The notes beneath the pieces are model-generated. The model was not told where the DNA came from and did no database searches. It saw only the letters and a program-made list of their open reading frames with translations. Shown here in pieces: positions 1 through 12,563 of a stretch of DNA of 64,000 nt. Every line of letters starts with the position of its first letter. Within the stretch, counting starts at the first letter, position 1. Source of the DNA: Balanoglossus misakiensis (taxonomy: Eukaryota > Animalia > Hemichordata); NCBI GenBank assembly GCA_040954595.2, contig CM082595.2, positions 5,420,137 through 5,484,136 on the forward strand, written 5' to 3'. Both the position numbers and the translations under genes were made by a program.

Positions 1-3000
1 TTTTGGCATCATGTTGCAAGTGCAAAGACGTAAACTTGTCTAGCGCTGTCTGACACGCATCAGCAACTTCTTGAAACTCGTCATTAACAAGTCCGACTAA
101 TACCTCTAACATGGCTGGTACACTGTCTGTTAAGGAACTATAATAGACAAATTAGAAATGTCTGTTAATGAGCTATAATAGACAAATTAGAAATCTGTTA
201 AAATGAGAAAATCGCTCTTTTAGGACATTGTTTGTGTTAGAAGCTATATATTTTTTATAGTAAACTAATAAATGTCCAGTTACTGTTTTTTTATAGTTGC
301 CATACCAGAATCTTTATATCATTTTGCAAATTCCTTTTATGGTGTTGTATATATACCCTTGCAAACAGCTATCAGTTTATTTGAGTTTAATACCTCGTGT
401 TAAATTTGATAATCACATCAGACCTTAGCTGATGGATTGAACAAAATAGTGAAATATAAATCATCAAAAGTTACAGCTATTGTCCCTTTAACCCTTTCAC
501 CAAAATGGTTTGGTCCAAATCTATTGTTTTCCATGGTAAAGTTGGACCTCCATACAGTGAATTGAGGGTTAATAAAAGTGCATATGGTACCTTGTACAAT
601 CCAATAACAACCTCTCCACAAAGTCCACCATTGCCAAGCGAATCTTCCAGTTGGGATTGCTCCTCAGTGGCACAATTTTTTCGATAAGAATTGTGAGTTT
701 CTTGCCGGTGTTTTTCACCCAGTCCGAGTTCCTGGCCACTCGGAGTTCCCTAGCACGCTCCTCGGCCGCGGAAACTTTCGAATCTTTTCTGCTGGTGTCT
801 GTCCGACCGGGAGGCTTGTCCTTATGGTCGGCCATCGCGCTGCTGGGCCCTGCTGCCGTTTCAGTTGACGACCATTCCAGACACACGTCACCCATGACCA
901 TGGCGACAATTTTGGCCCATGTGGTAATTGCACTCTAGAAATGAAAGACATACTGATTCATTCTTTCTGGGAAAACAAGTGGCAAGATACATAAGGCTCA
1001 AGAAACGATGGAAACAACATAATTCTGGTACCATTTTTTTTTTAAATGAAAAAATTCCCTGTATGGCTGTTTGACTAAACTGACTGTCCTTAATAATGAT
1101 TTGCCCTTATCTGACAGGTAACGTTCAATTGAAATTATAGGTTTCTTTTATCGGAGATGAACTCTGTTGATGAAACTCTGACCATGAGTCATTTTGCGGA
1201 TCACAGCTCGGAAACTTTGAGCCAATCAGAGCAGAGTATTTTAGCCCAATCAGAGGCCGAGTTAATCGTCCAATGACGTGTCTTTCATCTTTTGAAATGT
1301 CTGTCCTGGCAGCAGTGTCCTATCACTGTACTTACAATGGTGACATTCTGGCCCTGTTTCGCATCTCCTGTGATCACTCGGCACAGGGACAGGGCAATGC
1401 CGGGTAAAAACGACGCCAATGTGTCGGAAATGACATTTCTGGTCACAGCCACTTCAATGGACACTGAAATACACAAACATGAGAGTGAAGAAACGAAATT
1501 GTCAACACAACCAGGGGGGTAGGTTGAACCCTAATGCTACTGGGTGTCATACCAGTTTAGAGTGTCAAGTCCCTTAAAATATGTTTGTATTTGCCACTTT
1601 TTCTTCTAAAACATATTTTGACTGTCTTGACATGGCTCTCATACGTACTTAGACACACTTGGCAGTCTGAGCTCCCTGTAAAATGTACCAAATTGCACTG
1701 GTTTGCACTGTATTGGTTTGAGTGTCTAGTATAGGCCCTACTGAATAACACATACTTGGCAGTCTAACAGGCCTGGGAGCCAGGATTGTAGGCACCCTGG
1801 AAGTCAAATCAGTTTTAATGACTTGGTAGCGTTAGGGTTAATGGCTCTTTCAAACTAAGGGACTATTTTGTCGATTTGAGAAAGTGACTGACCACCCCCT
1901 CATTGAACATGGCAAACTGGGTAACCCCTCTCCATCCCCCATCACCCAATTCCAAAACAGGGTGACCTCCCTCATGAGTCCAGGTGGCCACTAACACAGG
2001 TTTGACTGTACTATAAGCAGCCAGACATGAGAACCTCCCATTTTGAGCTCGTCTTTCTCATAAACACTGCCCTCAGCGGCAGGTTTTTTCACACCTTTGT
2101 ATCCCCCTATTTCACTCATCTCATTTGAGTTTCTTTGGATTTCAGTGTTCAAAATGTTCGACCAAAGTTTGAGAACTCTTACTGTCATCCTGGGCCAGGA
2201 TGAGTAGACACTGCATGGCCTGGATGCGAAGTTCCCTCATTTTCTCTCTCTCCGCCAGAGACAGCAGTATGGATATGCAATGTCCTAGAGCTGTTAAAAA
2301 TGGGTCTGTGTACACCCGACTGATCACACTGGAAAGTAAAGGGGAAAACAGCTGTTCAGAAGAGAAAGTATTACTCTTGCTTGAGAAGGTTTATTCTCAT
2401 GCCGACTTGTGAGGGGTATGAGACCAGATCTGAAATTCATGAAAATGAATAATTGGTGTTTATTGTTTATTCATTTTCATGAAATTATTGAATTACTACT
2501 CTAGACAACAAACAAGTTTGATTGATTGATTGATTGATTGATTTACCTTGGTGATGCTTGTTTCATTACCGACTTTAAACATAACACAACTGCCAGCTTT
2601 AGTTCTTCGGAAGAATCATTAGCTGTGGAAATAATGAAACACAGACTATGAATGCAATAATGCTTCGAAAAGTATTGCATTAAGTTTGCAGACTTTTGCA
2701 GGAGTTCTATATCTGCTGGTCAGAATATATTTTGGGAATATGGATGCATCTTGGGTCATTTTCCCCTTTCTCACAAAGTTTTAACTTGTCAGATTTTCAT
2801 CAACGTAAGTTATCGATGATGTTTATTAATTTACCTTGGCCATATTTCGTTGGTGAACTGATAAGGACAGTGACCTGGGTGAACAGATCAGCAAACATGT
2901 CCCAGTTACTCACTGTCGAAACATTGAGGACATCAGTGATGCCCTTTATAGCTTCTTCACATGTTTCTTGAGATCTGTCAAGAGCATAAAAAACATGGGC

Positions 3001-4106
3001 AATCAAATTGAATGAGAGCAGTACAGATGAGAACTACTGTAAAACGGGTTATTTTCGCGAGCAATAAATTTTCGTGAAATATGGGAGAGCCCCAAAAAGG
3101 TGAAAATAAAAAGTCATGTGAAATGTTTTTTCGGAGATAACGATGCAGTAACTAAAATATGAAAATGCGAAAAATAATCCTCGCGAAATTTCCTGTGCAA
3201 AAATAACCCGTTTTACAGTAAGTTTCCACTAGCTAAGAAAACAATGTTGGCAAAAAGCACGCACAATCGACCAACTCATAGTATCAAAGTGGAAAATGTT
3301 TCTTGATCTTTTACTGTAGTACATGTTCAAAAATAGTGACATGCTTCCAGGCACCTTCTTGTTGTTGGGACCACAGAATAGAACATTTAACCCTTTCACA
3401 CCCTGTTCCCTCTAGAGAGGTCTACCTTTAACATAGAAAACAATAGATTTGAACCAAACCATGGTGGTGAAAGGGGTATGGCAACTAAGGGATGGTCCAA
3501 TTGACATTGGGGGGGGGGGGGAGTCCTGGAAGATGTAGACTCGTATGCATGCAATATTTCACCCTACGTCTTTTTTACTCACATTAATGTTGCGTATTCC
3601 CATCCAGTTGCCACCAGTTTCCAAAAAGGTATCCGAAAAGTTACTTTAATGAAGTTCAAAAGCAAGCGCGACATTAAGTGGACACGCCCCCTGCCACGCC
3701 CCCTCCCTTTTGTAAAGATGGCTAGGATTGTTTTGGGCTGCAGCAATGGTGTGAGGGATGTAATAAGCACGCATTGCTGGTGTAAACATAGCCCTACTTG
3801 AATGGCGTACGTGTCTGACTATAGCTGTGTCGTCTCCTAACTGAGACCATACTAGCCACTGGCAACAGGCACGACAGAGCTCATGTAAACAAACAGAATA
3901 CAGAGATGAAACAATACTTACGGTCGCTGCTGTAACTTCAGTGTGTACATGAACGGGAAAATGATGTACTCTTGCAGTCGCTGAACGTCGGTCTCATCGA
4001 CACCCCGCAATTCTTCCCGCAAACGTTTTATGGCAACCACTGAATTGGTTTTCGTGACTTCGACGCAAAGTGGGCGTAGTCTGTCGAAGGCCCGCTGGGC
4101 TGTCAT
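1..4106 (-). CDS. TTI1: TELO2-interacting protein 1 homolog, 5' portion (continues beyond the left edge)
   Basis: Exons 4106-3922, 2974-2835, 2622-2547, 2328-2183, 1463-1336, 934-591, 137-<1, all GT-AG and phase-consistent. The peptides AFDRLRPLCV..LQEYIIFP, SEELKLAV, LASFLPGI..RVITGDAKQG, DWVKNTGKKLTILI..PNWKIRL and LVGLVNDE match the TTI1 N-terminus as I recall it. Confidence 0.95.
488..572. mobile_element. Short TTAA-flanked MITE (piggyBac-like CCCT...AGGG ends); related copies at about 3387-3476, 33246-33310 and 36303-36402
   Basis: TTAA-CCCTTTCA ... TGAGGG-TTAA. The core ATGGTTTGGTCCAAATCTA..TT recurs in either orientation at 3387 and 33246; the 36303 copy shares the termini and is more diverged internally. 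Confidence 0.7.
3035..3220. mobile_element. TA-flanked MITE in TTI1 intron 1
   Basis: Terminal inverted repeats TA-CTGTAAAACGGGTTATTTT ... AAAATAACCCGTTTTACAG-TA. Confidence 0.8.
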
Positions 4107-5170
4107 CGTTACGGCACATAAAACTGTCGCTCGATTCGTTCAAAATATGCACCGTTCTTCAGAATGTTTGCACAATCTTTCCATCTACCCGGTCCAACTT
4201 ACGCTGCTCCGTCCAAGCTAAACAAATGCTGCAATTTCATCGACAGGATGCGACTCATGCATGCTTAGCGTGTTGTGTTACTGGGCGCGGCCATGTTTGA
4301 TAGTATGTTTGTTTGTTGAAACATACCTCCATATTTTCCCAGTCGGCCACCAGCCTAGCCAGGGCCGCCGCGGATATCTATCCTGCTTTTTTAAAAATCC
4401 ACCACAGAGAATTTGTGGTAGAGACATGAAACGACAGTATACAGGCTACAATATTGGCATTTGTATTTGGAAAAAATCAATGGCTACAGCGTAATGATTG
4501 CGTTCAGAAATTATATTTTATTATAGAAGGCCTGCCTAGTATACACATATGCCTACATGAATATCGGTTTGCAATAAGTCGATTTAGAATAACCTAAGCC
4601 ATAAACCAATTATATTCGTCAAAGTTTGACATCAGTTGGCTAATTTATTTAGTTTAACTGGCTGGCTGCACCGCTGGTTGGTTTATAGTCAGCCTGGGCC
4701 CCTGCCCCACTTCCACCGCATGGCTGCGCTGTGGTACAGTTTATAGGAAAAGGTCAAATGTAAATATGGCTCTTATTGGACAATAAATACGAGCACAGTG
4801 ATTGGATGAAATTATTTTCGGCGTGGCGCTAGCGTCGAAGCGTGGGTCCAGTTGTCGAACAAAATATGCTTTGATGGATTTGAATGAAACGTGCTTATCA
4901 GCGTACTGTTTAGGCAAATAGGCCAAAGCAACTAGTAGACTGCCTGAAAACTCTGGAGTGAGGATTTAAGAAGCAGTCATCTTACTTATAGGTCCTGATA
5001 AACAAGTTGTCTGGTGACTGTCCCATTATACTATGCATTGACATTCATTGAGAAAGCCAAAAACCATTTTTCAATATTCATCGAGAGATTGGCCAGGTTC
5101 CATGTGACCAATTTTCCCAGTGAAGATCCAGATCAGCAAGCCAACCGCAAGGACTTACTGGTCTTGGAAA

Positions 5171-7406
5171 TCACGTGACGGTATTATCAGTGCATTGGCA
5201 TACGACGTTGTTTCTAGTTGTTTCCAAAACCTACAGGTAAAAAATAAGAGTCTACAGCCTGTAAGTCTGGACTCTAGACCCAGTGTGTTTTAGATAGACT
5301 CACACACAATGTGTCTGAATTCCAGACTATGGTAACACCAGCACAGACAATTTATGATCAATTACCAGAGATACCCACGAAATGACCTACCTGACAACCA
5401 TCAGACTCCCATCTATCGTGGACAGTGTCCCAATAACGACAAAATGACGCCTTCACTCGGATAGAACCACTAACAGGCACGGTCGGAGTATCTGATGCTG
5501 AAAAAATTAATTATCGTGATGAAATGCGAAGAGGGTTTAATTTTTTTTACAATGACGAGTTTTATATGCGTCATTCAATGAAAAAAGGTCACCACATAGA
5601 TCAGGAAATACGGCAAAATATCATTCGCAAAACCAGAGGATTTTCAATTCTGTATGTCAGTCCTACAAACTGCAACCTGAAACGACACAAATCTCTAAAT
5701 CTTTTAGCACTGAGAATTCCGGACCGAGCGACTGACGTCATCACTTTTGTGGCGATAGTGAAACTGTAATGGTGGAGACGTACCTACTGTTATCGATAAG
5801 TAAATGTCGTCGGTTTGTTCTTGATAAAAAGACACGCCGGACTGTGCTCCCGTCAGAGACCACTTCTTATCGTACGCATCTCCACTTGGAACTCCGCCGC
5901 TCATCAGCGACAGATCAAAAACCACACTCGGTCGGTTCGACGACAAAGTGATCGTTATCACCGTTTCAGGTATGGTGACATTAAAACCAGTGGTGAAACT
6001 CTGGTTCCCGCTCAAAGTGAACGGAATGTCGCGGGGATCGACGTCATCCTCGGCGTCGCTCGCCACCGATATTGAGTAATTCCCCTGCAGTGATGTAGGG
6101 TTGTTGCCGCTGTCCAAAATCTCCACGCTCAGCGCCGGCAAATCTTTCAGATGATCGGCTGTAATCCAGCTGTATGGACTTTTTAGGAAGGCGACAAACT
6201 GTAGGATTGAATTCAGATGCAATTTGTAAATGAATTCACAAGATGATCGAGTTCAAGTTAAAATGTGCAAACAGTTCTCTATTACAGGATATCATAAGGT
6301 CTGGATTATACATGGTGTCCGTTAATATAAATACGCAGCGGCTACAAAATACATGTATACAAGAAAACGAGTTCTTAAAATACGGAAAATTCTTAATTTT
6401 CTGCATAACGAGTAAGATAATTGTAATATTTAGTTCAGACGATCCCACATACCTTAACAGAAAGTACGTTTAGCGTTTCATTGCCGACACCCGGATGTTT
6501 GCCTGGCAATTGAATTTTGCCAATTCTGGATTCCATCGTCTTTTCATAAATGTCTTCTGTGTATCCTTTACTGAGTTGAATCTGAGCTACATGTGTGGTG
6601 TATCTGAGATCCGCTTCCCCGGGCACCATATTTGCAAGCGCGGCGTCAAGACAACGGTCAACTGCAGTAAGCGTTTTGGTGATGACGTCGCGTGTCTGTA
6701 AAAATCAGATAAATATTCGAAAATATTCGAAAATTTTGAGATCAGTAATCATTTTTGAGATTAATAATTATGGACCGTAGAGAGAGAGAAAAAAAAAACG
6801 ACCCAGTTAGAAGTACATGCACAATTCAGTACGATACACAAACATGGAATCAATGATATGAATATGTACATATTGTCCATGTCAGCCGTTCTATAAAGTC
6901 ATTTCAAAATTAAAAGAATTTCATTTGCAGCTCACCGTTTCTCCGTTTCCCTGAAGGCTGCCCGAGTTTTTGAAAGCATAATCTGCCGCAGATATCACGT
7001 TTGACGAAGTGTCCAAAACATCTGGAAGAAAGAGTGTAGATACGACAGACGATTGGTGGACAGACAGACAGACAGACAGACGGACAGACGGACAGGCAGA
7101 TGGACTGAGAGCCTCAAATGCAGCGAATATAAATTAAAGCAGCGTTTAGAAAAGACAACTGTGAAATTATAATCACCTTTTACTGCTAATCGAAGAGTAG
7201 CTGTTTCCGTAGAATTGGCTGTCACCGAAATCGACGCCGAGATTCTGTCCAATATGGAAGCAACCTGTATCTGAAAAATTACGGTAAGTGCAAAATTTGT
7301 AATGTTTTACCGATACATGTTAATGTTCAACTCATGTCAATCTACTGGTAATTACATTTTATGGACAGTGAGAGAGAGAGAGTCAGGTGCTGTACACAAA
7401 TGGAGT

Positions 7407-7468
<62 letters not shown>

Positions 7469-10400
7469 ATTGTCAAACCAATTACCTGAGAATCTGAAGA
7501 GAGCTCTTCTGGATGACCGAAACATGTTATACTGCGAACTGCCTGCGCTCTCTGTTGAACGGAAACAGGTTCCATCGCAGATTCATGTGTTGCCATAACA
7601 ACGTCATCAAATAAAACTTCGATCATGTCACTTCTAACCTGGAAAGTCATCACATAAAGCGTGTTTAAGTGAGCCACAGCGGGCACATTCTCTTATTGAA
7701 GTAGACTGGAAGGTCAAGCTCAAAATAGAGAGAAGGATCTTCCTAGTTTCTTCTGAGGGAATTTTACCTGAACGTTTTCTGACGCAAGGTTCAGTACAGA
7801 CCCGACACTGTTGATGTAGTAAGCCAGTAAACCTTTGTCAGCGTTATGGACGAGGTTGTAAAAATCACCACTAGACAGTAGACCTTCTGGAGGCATTACC
7901 TATGGGTACGAACATAACATAACGCACGTATTTTCAACAAAAGTTGTTTCCTATAATAGTGTTAAGCATGAGATAAACTAACCTGTCTGGAAATGTGGCA
8001 CTCAGCCAAAATCGTTGTGAAAACTGCAGCGCCAACTTCAAAAAGTCAAGTCTGTTAACACTATCGATGTTGAGAGAGATATAACTTTAAAATCATCACC
8101 TGAACGCTTGTGGTCACACTAGAAAAAGCACCCTTCTCGTCCATGATCTTCAATGTGATTTCTAAGGTGAAGTTGTAAACAGCCTGTCCAACATTCAGCT
8201 TCAATTTCGGGGAAACGCACTCGTTACCGACATGCACCACTTGACCGGGTTCACTGGAATTCGTGTCTCTGACTGTGATCTCGTACGTTAAGGGCGTGTC
8301 GTCAATCTGGTCCAGATCGGTCCATCCATGGCAAGACACCACAAAATCAGTGTGCAGGGCTTGCCCTGTACAGAAACACACACACAAAATCAAGACAATA
8401 TGAATTTACACTTACGGTTCCAGCCATCAGCTAAAGTAGTCTAATGTTGACAGTTGTGACTACAACAACTCTCTTTACTTAAGAACAGTAACTAGCAAGT
8501 TTCATGACATTGGACGAATTAGTTTGTTTTCTGCTATGGTTCAACAACTGAGATTTTCAAGAATCATAGCCAAATCCTCTTAAAAGGTATTGCAATACAC
8601 TACTGTTTCTGTCTATCTTTGGGTGTCCCCTTCTGGAGAACCTTGTGATCTGTACAAGTCAACCTCACCTGTCTTGGGCGTCACATCACAGCATCCTCCC
8701 TGCGGAGGATTGTTGACGGCAAAGGCATTTTCATGGAAGTTTGGCAAGTTATTCGAGCCATCAAACTCCACTACCGCACGAAGAAGATATGATTCGCCTG
8801 TCTGAAGAACACCTGGTTTGATCACCAATCCGCTGCCATTAACGCCTTAGAATGGAATAAAGCTGAATATTATAAGTTTATGAAAACATTGAAATTGTGG
8901 GAAAAAAGAGAGAAAAACGTTGATGAGATGGCCAGAGTTCATTTATGCATAGACGAGGAGGTATATGGTTTATGAATAATTTCTCTACGATTAGAATGTA
9001 TTTTAATGACACAACTTCACCGATTTAATCATATTTTGTTGTTTGCGTTTTGTTGAGTTTTTCGTGGGATTCGCGTTTGGTGTTTTACCTGTCAGCGTCA
9101 TCGATTGGAAGTCACTAATGATGACGTAACCATCCACATCATTCCGAGCACTCAACGACCACGTTACCAGCATGACGTCACCAACAAGACACCCCGGACA
9201 TATGATGTAGACGCCCAGTTCCCAGGCTGCATTCACCCCTGTCTCGAAATCGCAATTTTTCGTGCACCTGAAAGCATTTAATTGTCCAGCTATATGTTGC
9301 ATTCATGCTACAATTTGTAGCGAATTGACGGGTGTATAACATAACTAGTGAACCGATGCGAGTCTTTAAGCAGACAGCAACGATTTTGCCAACAGTGTAA
9401 CTGCTACAATGTACATCATTGCAAACAATAAGGTTGTTACTTTGTATTACATTGTAGTGTACCGGCTACAATGTACATCATCGCAAACAATATGGTTGTT
9501 ACTTTGTATTGTTACTTTGTATTGTAAACATTGCAAAGAATGCAGTTGCTTCTTTGTATTACACTGAATACTATAAGACAAACAATGTGTCGTTACTTTT
9601 TATCACATTTCCAATTTACTCCTGCATAACATATGTTGTGGTTGGCAAGTCTCCAAAACAGTGGGGAAAATGCAGATTGTGTGTTTATAAACAGAAAAGT
9701 CGCGCATGTGTAGTTCAGACGACCCGTCCCTTTATGTTAAGCAGCCGACATTATTTGATGATTTCCTCTTACCTGATCTGAGTAGCCGGATTCTGGTCAA
9801 TGGAGAGACATGTCGCTGACGGAAAATATAAATTAACTGTTTTTAAAAACGTCAGTAGAGCTATTTTAAGATAAGTGGATATTGTTAACAACATCTTATT
9901 TAATCTACTAATTTCACGTTTTCTTCATTTTTGCTCACTTTCATTCTTTAAATAAACACCATAGTTGCACAACTTACCGACGTCATCAAACTGGTGGATG
10001 TACACTGGAGATGTCATGTTAATGACCAAGAGGTAATCGTCTGCCCATGAGAATACGGTTCCACCGATAACGTCTGCACACGTGGATGTTTCTCTGACCT
10101 GCAAGGCACTTATTTCAATGTCCCACACGTTGAAGCCTGTGAATTCTCTCGCCACCGGCACGCCGCTGAGAACTCCGCCGACGCTGCCCTGTGCGTGCCC
10201 GAGAACAAATATCCCGTCTCCGGGGAAACTGGGTTCTGGTGTGACGCTCGACAGTGTTTGAATGAGCTCGGCATCCGCGTACAAGTTCAGACGACCACCT
10301 GGTGAATCGTAGGTGAAGCAGATGATGTGCCAGGCCAGTGGGGCGTCAACCAATCGCCACGGGTTTATGTTTTCGGTGACCTTTGACCCTCTCAGCCAGA

Positions 10401-12563
10401 AGTTACCGTTTGGTATTTCTTCGTGGATGAATTTAGCGTGGTCGTGAGTGGCGTAGCTGAAGACGGGAATTATTGCAACTCCATGCATCTTTACCCACGT
10501 ACAGGCGCTCAAAGCTGTCATACTGGCGTTTTCTGATCGTCTGAGTCTCGCGTGTGACGTGTCGTTCAATTGAATCGTTTTGCCTCCGAAAACTTTTTCC
10601 ACACTCATAGCTGAAAATATTAAGGGGTTTTAAAATGTTGCCATTATCATATAGACATGTATGTGAACATGATACAGCTAATAACAGTCAACGCATGCTT
10701 TGTTTGTTCTGTTCTGAACTGAATTGAACTGGACCGGACTAGACTGATCTGAGGGGAACTGTTATTAGACAATTTATACTTTGCATTAACGTGAACAACT
10801 TCTGAATTTGTCAATTTCGTATTTTGAAAACCAATACAGACAGGCAAGCAGGCAGACAGACAGACAGACACAGACACAGATAGACAGACAGACAGACGGA
10901 CAGACAGACCTGCTGAGAGGAATCGGTACACTTGATTTGTATTAGGTCCTCCTTTGCCATCCGGATTACATGCCATGGAATGTCCATACGTATCAAACGT
11001 TTCATGGGCAGTCTGGCCAGAATGACAACTTCCACCGCCTTGGAGAGCAAACACTGAAAACTGGTTGTCAAGGGCTACCGCTGCGCACGTTTCGATGGCG
11101 CTTTGCCTGGTCAAGTAACTTCCATCCAGTGTAGGCGTGGACAGTTCCAGTGAGGGGATGGCAGTTGGATCTTCGTCGTTATAACATCCGACCTCAACGT
11201 AATCTTGGATTAAAAAAAACATATGTGTGCCTGGTTGGGAGCTGTATTCAATTAAAAGTGAGGCAACCCATGATCGTTTTATCGGATATCGAAATCACAT
11301 CGTGCATTTTTAACATTTTCAACCATCTGTAAGTTCTGATACAGCAATCGTATTAGCTTATTGTGCATTGGCAATGCAACTGACATACTTTCTGTAAAAC
11401 TATAGATAATTACAAATGTGGCCGTATATTTGGTCGAAATTCAGAGAGTCTGATTTTTCGTATACTCCTTACTTGGCACAATGATCCCAGAATCGTGAAA
11501 CTCGCTGTCCGTCGCCCGGAATAGTTCTTTTTCCAGCCGGCATTCGCCAAGAACCAGTTCCGGCGTTTCTCTCTTGACAAAGCTCCACGCTCTGCACCCA
11601 AAACTGATGTGACACGCATCGCAGCACTCCTCTCGGCTGGTGACATTCTTTATGACGGGCGCAATATCACCTCCTGGCCTCTGTTTGTTTTCTTGTGTGA
11701 GACATTTGTTAGGATCTAGGAAATGTATGACAAAGATATCCCGTATGACTTATACATATAGTACTGCCAGTGCAGGATTCAAAACTCGCTAGTTACTATA
11801 ATAATTGCATTGTGGGTTACATGTCGACAAATTACTGTAGTAGGATTTTGTAGAGATGACATGCTGCCTAAATAATTATAGACTGAGTAAAAAAACTTGG
11901 AAACAATGTCAGAAAGACAACTTCTAAGGCATGATCGTCTTACTTGTTATTATGAAACCGCAATCGTTTTCATCAGTCTGGTTCCTTTCCGGCACAGGAT
12001 TCTTCGGGTAGCAAATGCTGGTGTGGAACTCAAAATTCCAAGCCACGCAATTGGGTGTTTGAAGGCAATGCTCGCAGCACGCGGCATTATCGGCCACCAC
12101 GCCGAGTCCCCCCATTCCCGGACCCCGCCTCCTCTCGTTGCGTTGTAAGATACACTTCAGATTGCCTGTGTAGTGAACATATGAATATTAGACAAAAATG
12201 TCGCCGAACATCGACACCATGCAATTAATTCAATCAGAATCTTATACCATCTGATGATGCCAGTGCACAGGAATCGATCAGCGATATTTAATTTAGTGTC
12301 ACAATGATATAGACTTGTCTGAAAAAAAATACATTGGTTATGTACCTATTTCGCCTATTACTAATTTGCTTAACCTGCCGGTATTATATAAGGAAGAACT
12401 ATTGCCTTACTAATGACTAAGTAAGTGGAACATATTGTACAATGTAATGCAACTTAAACATTGATGTACGTAGGGCCTATATGTTGACGTCATATTTACC
12501 ACTTGCCAGTGCAAACCTTCCCAAGACCATAGTCAGCATTATACACGAGCGAGAAATAACCAT
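5171..12563 (-). CDS. Secreted polycystin-1/REJ-like protein: signal peptide, 2x PAN/apple, WSC-like, pentraxin/LamG, REJ, GAIN/GPS; no transmembrane region (about 1136 aa, 17 exons)
   Basis: Exons 12563-12500, 12165-11944, 11715-11473, 11203-10910, 10610-9978, 9815-9773, 9267-9089, 8845-8669, 8365-8100, 7899-7768, 7638-7486, 7270-7177, 7021-6936, 6695-6453, 6198-5784, 5497-5391, 5230-5171 total 3411 nt in one open frame. Motifs: MVISRSCIMLTMVLGRFALAS signal; CCxxC..CxAW PAN; GCYND..CAAVA..FALQ..C..KGG..QVY WSC-like; WHIICFTYD..GIFVLGHAQ..FNVWD pentraxin; NNPPQGGCCDVTP..F..SCHGWTD..PLTYE REJ; CRYWD..WESDGC..CQC GPS. Confidence 0.85.
7408..7466. repeat. (CAGA)n microsatellite; imperfect copies at 7060-7095 and 10838-10908
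   Basis: Tetranucleotide repeat read directly from the sequence. Confidence 0.95.
9398..9720. repeat. Dispersed element with an internal tandem array of about 62-bp units and a unique right flank
   Basis: Unit approximately TAACTGCTACAATGTACATCATTGCAAACAATxxGxTTGTTACTTTGTATTACAxTGTAG, followed by a flank shared with the 15.5 kb copy. Confidence 0.8.

Noticed and set aside
1991-2182. Coding-looking extension after TTI1 exon 4
   Set aside because: In-frame stop at 2142; the donor at 2182 matches the phase of the next exon, and the region abuts a MITE end.
5171-5173. Terminal TGA of the REJ gene as selenocysteine
   Set aside because: The position is not a conserved cysteine, I recognised no SECIS, and no downstream coding exon is evident.
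5704-5783. Apparent C-terminus of the REJ protein (..SVRNSQC-stop) in the ORF track
   Set aside because: A phase-1 donor at 5783 joins the GPS exon at 5497 in frame, so this stretch is intronic.
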